From Tricharina praecox (taxonomy: Eukaryota), in NCBI RefSeq assembly GCF_024521635.1, contig NW_026250409.1, forward strand, positions 1,054,001 through 1,118,000: 64,000 nucleotides of DNA. The letters are read 5' to 3'. The notes below the pieces were generated by a model, which did not search any database, had not been told where the DNA came from, and was given only the letters and a program-made list of their open reading frames with translations. Position numbers and translations under genes: made by a program. Of the stretch, positions 12,491 through 23,310 are shown in pieces. Within the stretch, counting starts at the first letter, position 1. Each line of letters starts with the position of its first letter.

Positions 12491-13690
12491 GGCAATTTAG
12501 TTATGCGTGTAGGTGGATGCGCCGTTCTTTCGTTGGCCGAGTTAACGAGAGGTTATGTATGAGGGCGCAGAGGACAGAGTTGCGGAAGCTGAGATCTTGA
12601 GCTTTGCCGGGGGATGGGTGCGCAGATTCCCGAGAAAGTTAAACGGTCATTCTCGAGCAGCCGGATGTCGTGAAAATATTGAATGAGTATGTCAGTGTGT
12701 ACTTTGGAATGTATTCGCTTCCAAAATTCTAGGGTTTTTCGAGGAAGGAGAAGCGAAGCTGGCTCTTGAAATCTGGATGTCTTCTTCCCGGGCGGTGATT
12801 GGGTCGGATTACCGTAGAGTAGGTTGGGTTGGTGAAGTTGACCTTACGCGATGGGGATGAGGACAGCAATACCTCAACCTAAGCCACAGGTGCAAGCCAC
12901 AGAAACATCACCGCCACTTATACTAGACTGGTTCCGGGGCACTAACTCAGCTTCGCCACCATCATTCCGCCCAGCAGCTCTTATTCAGCTTACGGCGAAT
13001 GAGTAGACCGTGACGTCCAGTGCTCGTTACTACCTATTCGAGCTCACACCAGATCTCAAATACGGTCTCCCACACGCAAAGCCGTCCATTCGGCCGTGTA
13101 GGTATACCCTCCGGGGTGGAGAAAGCTGCGGATAAAAAATGTATGGCATGCGACCGATACTATCTACCAGCTGCAGAAACATGCCATTAATATCTACACA
13201 TGATTCGTGCAGAACTGGAGACTTCTGTGGATATTTTGCGTCTTGTTGCCTATTCCGGTGTCACTGGCACTTTTCTCTGTCCTTTTGCATCGTCGCATAC
13301 AGCCTTCATGGCCTTCGTGGCTTCTTCATTGTCCCTGGCTTCCCATCAGAACAAGCCTCTTTAGGCCCCCAGCCCGAGTCCAGCTATCGTCGCATTCTCT
13401 GTCTGAGGCTGCATCTCGTTGTGTACACGAGCTCGTTTCCTTTTATAAGCAGTCTTCTTTCTCGTCTTTCTCGTATCATTCAAGTTAAGTTCTTCTCCTA
13501 GTTTCAACAACTTCATCCATACAACCCAACGGCGCCGTACATGAGCACTCTCGACAGTAAGAGGACGTCCGGACACGTAAATCATTGCTGCTCATTTACC
13601 ACATGGCTCGTCAAGTAGGTGTTGAGAGATCCAAAAACGGGCGAGAAACAAAACATGATCAATTGAACCAGAGGTCTCGGTCGATGATGT

Positions 13691-14530
13691 ATGAGGACCA
13701 ACCAACGACAGGAAGAACAGAAATTCAACGTTCAACGACCGCATCGGGTCTGCATTCGGTCCTACCTCCATAACACATGTCCAACAAGGTCTCCTCTCTC
13801 CAGTGCTCACCGGTGACGCCAATCCGCCTCTGCTTCAGCGCCTATCGCAATAACTCACATAATAGGTAATATTTTATTGCGTTATCCGGCAATTGACATC
13901 CCGCATCGGGAATAACTACAGATTGTGTTCCGGAAAACACCCAATACTTTTGTTTTCCCACGTCCTGTTTATGTGGGCCAAGCCTTAAAATCAGACCTGA
14001 GACATTACCTCTTATGAGTTACTACGGCATCATCGAGTGTAGAATCTCCTTTGGGGAAGAAGCGTAAGTTAGAAGCGTTATTAAATCACAGTTTAGATTC
14101 AATAATATAAATCTGTCCTTTCTACCACAGCCTTTTTTTTCCAAGATGAAGGATCCTTCTGATTTCGTTCCTGATACCGGTATATGGATTTAGTTGAATT
14201 GGGCTTCGAAAACATGATTTAGGGTAGTGCCCATTCATGCTCACTCAGCGCCTTGACATCTTGCATGACGTGCATACAGGGTAAGTAGCGCCGACTTTCA
14301 CGTGGAACAACAAACGAGCTTCGACCCGCCCCACCACAGTGTTGCACACTGTTTCCACAACCACACCCGACCGTAGCTACGTAAAACCAGCTACGCCGCG
14401 ACAACGCAGCTCACCCCACTACCGACCATAGCTACGATAAACCTACGCCGCGACGACACAGCTCACTTTACTATCGATCATAGCTACGAATGACAATCAA
14501 CGCCGCGACGACGCAGCTCACTCTATTACC
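13691..14530 (+). pseudogene. Probable decayed 5' part of a multi-CCCH zinc-finger gene
   Basis: Two degenerate CCCH-like motifs, VCIRSYLHNTCPTRSPLSSAH (13748-13810) and LCFSAYRNNSHNR^LCSGKHP (13828-13943, across a GT..AG intron at 13866-13921). They are separated by a 1-nt frameshift and followed by stops. Confidence 0.4.
14367..14527. repeat. Three imperfect tandem copies of a 52-55 bp unit
   Basis: The unit (c/t)cga(c/t)c(g/a)tagctacg..acgccgcgac(a/g)ac(a/g)cagctcac starts at 14367, 14422 and 14474. Confidence 0.85.
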
Positions 14531-14581
14531 TACGAACCCACCATTCCGCAACTAAATAACGACTAACCGCCATAACTCATA

Positions 14582-15206
14582 ATGCCTCGTGTCCCGAACT
14601 TCCTTGATCTCGAGCTCCGCATGGACGACAACTGCGGCTGGGACGATCTTCCCGGACAAACCTACGACGTGCCTATCTGGATGGAGAGGATGGGACTCCT
14701 CCAGATCCCCGACTGGATGCGCGCCGAGGATGGAAGCTGTACCGTGGATTACCGCATTGGCATGGGCTACGATAAGCCCAAGATCTACGTTACGTCCCTC
14801 GAAAAGATCTCCCCCAGCGAAGAAGAGGACAATGTTTTCCCGAAGAAAAAGTTGTGCCGCTTCTTCGCCAAGAACAACCGCTGCAAGTATGGAGAGAATT
14901 GCCGCTTCTCTCACGAGGCGCCAGGATCCAAGAAACCGGATGTCTCCAAGGGTCATTGGATCCCAGAGAAGGAGCTCAAGAAGAGCTATGATCAGATCGC
15001 CCGTGAAGCTCGTGAGAAGCGCGAGGACGAAGCGGGAAAGCCCATCAAGATCTGCCAGTACTATTTGGATATCGACGGATGCAAGAGGGGAGTTCACTGC
15101 CCGCGCAGGCACATTGAAGAAGATGGCTCTCTAGCGAAACGTAGGGTGTACAGTTTTTACCCTTTGATCTCCCGAGGTGTTGCTAACCCCTCTCGTTACA
15201 GATTGA
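14582..15206 (+). CDS. Tandem CCCH (C3H1) zinc-finger protein (~187 aa); exons 14582-15140, 15202-15206
   Basis: Two C-x8-C-x5-C-x3-H fingers (CRFFAKNNRCKYGENCRFSH and CQYYLDIDGCKRGVHCPRRH). Intron GTAGGG..GCTAAC..CAG at 15141-15201. Confidence 0.7.
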
Positions 15207-15787
15207 ACCTTATTGGTTCGCGTTGCAGCGCCATGGAAAAAGTTTTGTTGATTAAAAAACAATTGGAAGTGGGGTTCTTGTGGGTTCGGACGGTGAATGG
15301 GGTGTTATCGTGTCGTTTCTCCACATAGTTCTACCAGCTTTAGTGTTTTGCGTTCTGCTTTTTCTTTCGGTGACTGTAACTATTCTTTGCGCTTAACTCC
15401 ACATGCTTCTTTCCGCTGCATCTATTTATTGTGTGTACTGTTTTGGGTGGTCTGAGAGTTTCTGGATTGTATGGATGTACATACTTTGACCCGGAGAACG
15501 GTGGAATCGGGACCTAGTCCCGGGATGATGCTTGTGGTACCTGTAGATCATCAGGATGACCGATTCTAACTCATGGTTAGTGCAAACTACTCTACGAGTC
15601 TAGGCTGCTGGTAACTATCCCACGTGATCGGAGCTTATCCTTGCCACCACCTTCTTCTGGCACCTTCGTTCGCCCCTCAGCCCAACAGTTAGATAGAAGG
15701 TCACCATTCAAAGCTCTCCTCAGGACCAACACACATTCATCTTTACGCTTCTCACCACTCATTCCCTCTGGCGCTTCACCGGCGATA

Positions 15788-18700
15788 ATGGCAAACTACC
15801 AGGAGCTTCGCGCGCGGACGCTGGGCTCAACGCAAGAAGAGGAAGCTGTCACTGTCAACACCCGCGCGTTGATCGACAAAGTTCTCGCACGATACTCCAG
15901 CGAAAACACGACCCTACGAGAACTGATACAGAACGCGGCGGATGCGGGCGCGACTTCGGTGGAGGTGCGATATACGACCGATGTTGAGGATCACAGCGGT
16001 GAGGCGGGCGACGACCTCCTGCGCACGGTGAAGGGAAAGGTCAAGAGGTTGGTGGTCAAGAATGATGGTGACGCATTCAGGGAGGAGGACTGGCAGAGGC
16101 TCAAGAGGATTGCGGAGGGAAACCCGGATGAGGAGAAGGTGAGTGGAAGGATGAATCCACCGAATGCGCAAGGCCTTGCTAATTCCATGGGTGAATATAG
16201 ATCGGGGCGTTCGGTGTCGGGTTCTACAGTGTCTTTGCAGATACCGATGATCCCTTCGTCTCTTCGGGAAACCAAACCATGGCGTTCTATTGGAAAGGCA
16301 ACTCTCTATTCACCCGGAGAGCCACAATGGACAAGGTGGACCGGTTCACGACATTCTACCTCGACTACCGAGAACCTGGAGAACTTCCAGAGCTCAGAAC
16401 GCTCTGTCAATTTTTTTCCACCTCTCTGACCTTCGTCAACCTTGCGAAGATATCTCTCTACATCAACGATATCCAGATGCTCGTGTTGAACAAGAAGGTC
16501 CTACCGCCTGCAATCCTGACAATACCGAAGACTATCAACACAATTACGAAGGAGACGATCATGAAGATCGAGGGTGTAAAGACCTCGAACGTGCAGATTG
16601 ATGCCAAATACATGAATGTCACCTACTACAAGCCCGAGAAACCAGCGGAGGTCACTGTAACCGGGTTTGCGCGGATGCTCTTGTTTGGTCGGTCCGAGAC
16701 TCCGGCAGCGAATGGCCACGTCAACATGTCCAACCTTGCAGAATACACCTCGGTTTCCATATTCCTGCGAATAGCTACAGCCACCGTTCTCCCTAAGGTG
16801 GGTAAGAAGTTTGCGCAGGAGCTGGAACGAGCCACCAAAAAGCCGCCACCGAAGAAAACGACAATATCGTGTCTCACGATGTCCAAGGATGAGCAGGATG
16901 CGTCGCAGAGCGATTCCGAGATCTTTGCGGGAGTAATACCAACCAAGAGCGGCAGGATATTCATCGGCTTTCCGACGCATCAGACCACTGGTATCAATGC
17001 TCACATCGCGGCGCACTCGGTGATCCCCACGGTGGAGCGGGAGAACATTGATCTCAACGCCAAGATAATCAAGGCCTGGAATGCGGAGATGCTTCGGGCC
17101 GCTGGAATTTTGGCGCGCATCCTCTACTGGGATGAAATGGACATGCTGCGGAAGCGTGCGGACGGTTTGAAAGCAGCGGACTTGGTGCAGATGTACGACC
17201 AGGCCATTCATATCCTGCAACAGTTCACGTTTAAGGATTCCACACCGTCTGTCCATGTCGGGGACTACATCAGGGAGGGGTTCTGGAACTGTTCGCTCTC
17301 AAGTATCGAGCTTCTTTCGACAAGAGGAGTGCTACCTAGTAGTAAGGTTCGCCTCGCCAACGAAGTTACTTTCTTGGAAGGACTGGCTTTCCTCCCGGCA
17401 AAGATTGTGAAAGGTGCGCCGGAGTTTGTACACACGCTGGAACGCGGCGGCTACATCACCGAAATCACTTTCCATGATATCCAGAACTCGCTGGCCGAAA
17501 AGCCGCTGGGTAGTGAGCAGTCCCATGCCTTCTTGAAGTGGCTCTCGCACCAACTTGAGACTGGTAAGAAGGATGATCTTCAAGCTTCGATGCTGTTGAG
17601 TGGAGCAATAGCTATGGTGCCGTTTACGAATGAGAAAGGGGAAGTGGTGGAAAACGGCCTGCCAGTTTCGCTTGGCGACGTCAAGTACTACGTGAACGCT
17701 AACAAGCTTCCACCTGACGTTCCTTTACCGCCGCATTGTCTGCCATTCGCTCTCACTAAGAGACTTTTGGTTCCCGAACTCGAGAGGTTGACCTGGAGGG
17801 AGTTGCCAGTTGTTGACTGGGTGTACTACGTCGCAGGCCAGGCCTCTACTCTGCCGGTTGAACAGAACCTTGAGCTTTCTCCTGCTTTCGCTAATACAGT
17901 TCTCGGGATCGTTTCCAAGAACTGGGACAAGTTGTCAGTCAGCGAAAAAGCCCAAATGGTTGAGGCCCTCAAGGACAAGACATGTATTCCGACAAGGCAG
18001 GGCATGAAAATGCCTAGAGAAGCTTACTTCCCGACTGTCAAGCTTTTTGCGGATTTGCCCATTATCCACGAAGTTCGCAACGTCAAGGAAAAGTTCTTGG
18101 CGGCTCTGGGATTGAGGAAAACTGTGGAGCTGAAGCTCGTTTTCGAACGGTTGATGGGCGGAGGCACTGCGGCCAAAGGCGAGAAATGGAGCCATGTCGA
18201 TCTTGTCAGATACCTTACCAGCGTTGCGGAAGACATCCCTCAAGAGGATATTCGGAAACTTTGCAACATGGAAATGTGCAAAGCGGAGCCTGCCGATTCG
18301 ACCAAGATGTACAAGGTTTCAGAACTCTACGAGCCTCAGGCAAAGATGCGAGAACTGGGTCTTCCCGTGCTCCAGTGGCCCGGCGAATGGAGAAACGGAA
18401 GCAAGGAGGCGGCTTTCCTACTTAAACTTGGTTTGAGGAAATATCCTGCGGAGGAAACCATCATCAGGCTGGCGGCGAGTGCGGATAAGAAGCTTCGGGA
18501 AAAGGCAATGCGGTATTTCACTGACTATTTCCATGACAACGACTACAATACCAATTATATTTCCATCACTCCTGTTTCGTTCCTGCCGTTGCAGAATGAT
18601 AGCGAGAAGCTGGTCAGGCCGACAGAATGCTATGCAAATTCCGAGTGCGGGATTATGGGCTACAATGTCCTTCGGAGCGACTTGCAGCAGCACGCATCCA

Positions 18701-21032
18701 AGTTCGGAGTTAGAAAGGATCCTGATATCAAGGAGTGTTCGGCACGCCTGAAGAGACACCCTCCCGTCGGGCCGAAGGATGCAAAGGAGAAGTTTAGCTA
18801 TTTCGCAAACCGGATGATGGAGCTCACTGTTAGTCTTTCAACTGAGCTTGGAAGTTCTTCCATCGTCCCGGTAAAGGGGGAAACCGGATTCAGACATATT
18901 CCTCCTCGGATCTGTTACATCGGCGGAGATTCCTCGAAGAAATACGGCGACATATTCGACTTTGTCGACTTCGGAACCGCCGCAAACGCTTTCTTGATGA
19001 AGTGCGGTAGTAAGCCCGAACCAACGACTGTAGAAGTTGCGTATCGTCTGGCGATGGAACCCGACCGCCTCTACAAGGTCTTCCGCAGCGAGACCAGATA
19101 TCTCAGTATGCTCACGACCATTGCATACGACTGGTCGATTCTCAAGAAGGACAAGGAACTCGTCAGAGCGTTGAAAGCCAGTCCTTGTCTGGCTGCGTAC
19201 AGATCGATCTCGTTGAACGGAGAGAAGGTATCTGCTCAGCCTGCGGATGAGGAGGAGGAGGGCATGCGAGAGTTCGTGCTTCTCAGGGCTGAGGATATCT
19301 ACCTCATCGATGATATCTCCAATTATCATCTTTTCAAGACGGAAGTGTGTGTTGCTCCGGAGGAAGACACACTCGAGAAATTCTACACGGTAAGTTGATC
19401 CAGGAATATCTTCAATTGCATAATCGAGTCTCTTACAGCAAGCAGGCACTGGGATCAACCACTCTTTCTTCCAACATCGACAAGCGGGTCGTGCTAGGCA
19501 ATAATCTGCCACAGACCAAGAAGATCAACGATCTTCAGCAGTTAGTCATGGAACGAGCACGTCTCTTCATGCATAGCAATAACGAGGGCGTATCGCGCGA
19601 TGCTGGATGGCTAGAAAACAACTTGATCATCCAAGGGGTAGAATTTATCAGGTACAAGATGACATTCCGACACAAAGAAGGACCTAAAACGTCCCGTGAC
19701 GTGAATCGAACTGCTGCCGTGGTCAATACCCCCGACAAATCGGTTGGAAAGTCGCATACCCTGTTTGTCACGCAAAAAATGGAGTATTATGATATTGCCC
19801 TTGCATTGGTGCGGTTGATTCTGCAGAAGCCGAAGCCTCATAGCGCGTTACTGTTTGAGAGCTTGCTTAGCAATGGTAAGACACGTTTCTAAGTGCGCCA
19901 ATGTGTTGACTCGTATGCTTACTTTTGGTGTAGACTTGATGACGCTCAAACGTCGCGGCTATAATGTTGGACGAATCCTGGCGAAGAAACAGGCCGAAGC
20001 ACAATTGATGGAGCAGGCGCGATTAAAACAAGTGGAAGCTCAGCGCAAGGGCCTCGAGGAACAGGAAAGACGTTTCCAGGAAGAACAGAAGAGTCTCTCG
20101 ATGCAGCAACAACAGCAGCAGATTTCGGTTAAGGATAGAGCGCTCATGCCTGGCGGCTTCCAAGATGATTCACCACCTCACCCCTTCACGCAGAAACCCG
20201 CCGGTGAAGCTGGTAGCTTCTTTTCTAGGAACATGAATAGGTTCTCGAAACTCTTGCAGGAGCAACAGCAACAGCAGCAACCACAGATCCAGTCTTCCGA
20301 GCCTAGCAAGGAGCGAGAAACGCGGGTCGTTAACCAGCAACACAAGGCGACGGAGCATCACCGCCTTGCCGCCAACCTGCAACAAGCCATCCAATCCGGC
20401 CGGGACCACGCCTCGCAGTCCCTCTTCGCTCCCCCCAAAACGTTCGACGTCAAAGAAGTTGGCACGTTCTGCGATAGCAATCCAGGCCAAGACATCGAAT
20501 ACGCCATCCAAACGCCCACGGGAATGCGTGTCTACGTGCACAAATCTCTAGACCAAGCCCAGCGCCGCACGTTCCTCAGCACCAATGCGGCCGCAATCAA
20601 CGTGTTTTCGCTACTTCTCCGCAGCAATGCAGATGTCTTCTCCATGAACCCTTCGGTCCTGCACATCTTCTACGATCCCACGGGCAGTACCATCGCCTTC
20701 AACATGCAGGGCTCCATCTTCTGCAACGTCAGCTTCTTCCTCCAGCTGCATGCCCAACAGGTGCCCGAGAAGCGCTGGTCCGCAGACGCGTTCACGTACT
20801 GGTGGGTCACGATATGTCACGAACTCGCGCACAATCTGGTGTCTGAGCACGGGAGCAATCATTCGTTTTACTGGTAAGTCCTTTCTTTCTTTCTTCCTTT
20901 CACTCCCACACACACACATGGCCTAACGTGTACGACAGCGAATCCTTCGTGCAAGAGTACTTCCCCAAGGTCATGGCCAAGGTGGCGGAAATACAGAATC
21001 CGCCGCCGCCGCCGCCGGCGTATAAGTCTTAG
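15788..21032 (+). CDS. Large GHKL (sacsin/Hsp90-like) ATPase-domain protein, DUF3684-type, with C-terminal HExxH motif (1667 aa); exons 15788-16138, 16201-19389, 19446-19875, 19934-20873, 20939-21032
   Basis: N-box LRELIQNAADA, G1 KNDG, G2 KIGAFGVGFYSVF, GRIFIGFPTHQTTG and C-terminal ICHELAHNLVSEH. The spliced length of 5004 nt is in frame. Confidence 0.85.
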
Positions 21033-21834
21033 ACTCTTAGACCAGTGTACAAGTAGCGCTCTGCAATGAGGTGTCACGGAGTCAAATGCATGTTTTGGAT
21101 TAGATCGGATCGGATTGGATTAGGCCTCATCTTTTCGGAGTTTGCTTTCGAATTCTCTTGCTTTGGTTTTGCTACTATACATATCGGTACACCGCGGAGG
21201 AGAGCGGGAGAGCGGGAGAGCGGGGGGAATAGACTTTTTTCTTTTTTCTTTTTTCTTTCTTCATTGATTCTTAATTCGTTGATTTGTGCGATGCGGATTA
21301 GACCATAGTAATGCTAGTATACACACCGGTAGGGAGGGATACCCACTGTACGTAGGTGGAAGTGATGCGAAATGTAACGTGACACGAGTGATATCATGTG
21401 CACCCACAGTGGAATGATGAGGTGTGAAGGTGTGTGCGCTCACGGTGGTGTGATGTCGCATGACTTCTGGTATGCACCTACCATGTCGGGGAGGGCGGGG
21501 GGCAGTACGAGGATATGGTACGGGGTACGATGAGCTTATGCCGGCCCGGTGGAGGAGGACTGTATCCGTATTTATGGACCTGTGGTACTATGGAATGGAA
21601 AGGATGGAGTGGTGGTGGTCTGCGGTGGTGTGATGTATCATATGGTACATATGGTACGATTGCACCACACGCACCGCACGGCATCGTTCGTTCATCACCT
21701 ACACGCCGGCGCCATCACGTCTCGCTCACACCGCCGGATGGGCAGACAACCGAGGACGAAACCTGGAAAAGAAGAGATCTACCTATATACCGTCTCGGTC
21801 GTCCCAGTCCGGGAACGAGCGGGTGGGCTGGCGA

Positions 21835-21884
21835 GGGCTGGGCTGGGCTGGGCTGGGCTGGGCTGGGCTGGGCTGGGCTGGGCT
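21835..21884. repeat. (GGGCT)10 microsatellite
   Basis: Perfect pentamer run read directly from the sequence. Confidence 0.95.
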
Positions 21885-22642
21885 TGGGTGGAGAGACGTC
21901 CAACGAGGACGTAAGTGCAAGTACGTGGCGCAAGTGGACGGCGCAGGCAGGCAGGACGGGGACTCGGGGACCCGGCGAGGTGAGGTGTAGAGTGCATACC
22001 TCGAAATCTCGGATACGGATATGGAGAGGTGAGTAGGTAGATTTGCACCGAACTCGGGGTGCGGGAAAAGGTATATGGGAAGGGCAGGAGGAAAGAGGAA
22101 GGGCGGATATACGGGGCGAGGTTCTGCGGGGTGCTGTAACATGGCGCGGCATCACGTCATGCCGGCCCACGACACGAGGCGGTGGTCCGTGGAGTCCTGG
22201 ACCGTGGTTCACCGTGTTTCACCCCAGGGCTGCGGCCCACGGGCCACGGGCCAACGGGCGATCTGCATGGATGCTATGGGACGAAAATGCCCCCCTGAAT
22301 GGAGTAAAGACTGTGACTGGCTGGCTGGGATGGGGTGGGCCAAAGGAAGGAGCTGTCATGGAGTTGTCATAGAGTTATCAATGAGATTATGCAGGTTCGA
22401 GTGGAAAGTTCGTGAACGATGTACCGTATCTGGTTTGGCATGAGATGGGGATGGGGAAGGAGCTGACCGCGCGGTGGGTGCATGAGGAGAGTTTGGTCCT
22501 GACATCTCTCCTCATATTGCATGAGAGGTAGCCTGAAAAGAAGGATTTGAATATTGGGATTGCCGATGTGCGTCCCAGGATGGTAGGCGGTCTGGAGGGT
22601 ACTATGTGTGCAAGCTAACGGGTGGGATCAGATCTAGGAAGT

Positions 22643-23310
22643 ATGAGCCCACGCCGTTCGTGACATGTCCTTACATCTGTAGATCCTGCGGGTGCTGCGG
22701 CAGATAGTGCAGATGGATGGTGCAGATTTATACCCACTACTGCTGCAGTGCTGCAGTGTGGAGGTTTTGACATGTGAATATTGTATCAACTCAACCTTAC
22801 CGCAGGTCTGCAGGTTCGCAGGTTCGAAGACGAAAGGGGACGGAGGTGCTTATCATGCGGTCTGTCTTCCATTCTATCGTGCAGTCCATAGACGGATGGA
22901 TGGATGCATGGAAGGATGAGCCCATGCCGTCCGTTATATGTCCTTATAAACATCTGTCATCTGTATGGTGTGTAGATCCTGCGGGTTCTGCGGCAGATAG
23001 ATGGTGCAGATGTATAACCCCACCACTACTGCTGCGGTGTGGAGGTTTTGAGGTTTTGAGGTTTTGACATGTGAATACTGTATCAACTCAGCCTTACCGC
23101 AGGTCTGCAGGTTCGTAGACGAAGGTGACGGAAGGTGAAGGGGGTGCCTATCTATCGTCCGGTCTATCTATCACCAAGTCCAGTCCAGTCATCGTCAAGT
23201 CCAGTCCATCGTCGAGCCCAGTCCATCGTCAAGTCCAGTCCATCAGTCCAGTCCATCGTCCAACCCAGTCCATCGTCAAGTCCACTGGATGGCTGGATAG
23301 ATGAATGAAT
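22643..23310. repeat. Diverged tandem duplication (~273-bp copy 22643-22915 and expanded copy 22916-~23310) with an internal ~17-bp minisatellite at 23175-23285
   Basis: Both copies share atgagccca(c/t)gccgt, tgtagatcctgcgggt, ggttttgacatgtgaata(t/c)tgtatcaactca(a/g)ccttaccgcaggtctgcaggttcg and end in ggatgg repeats. Confidence 0.85.

Noticed and set aside
14367..14527. Repeat array resembling CRISPR
   Set aside because: Eukaryotic context, whole units are similar with no unique spacers, and there are no cas genes.
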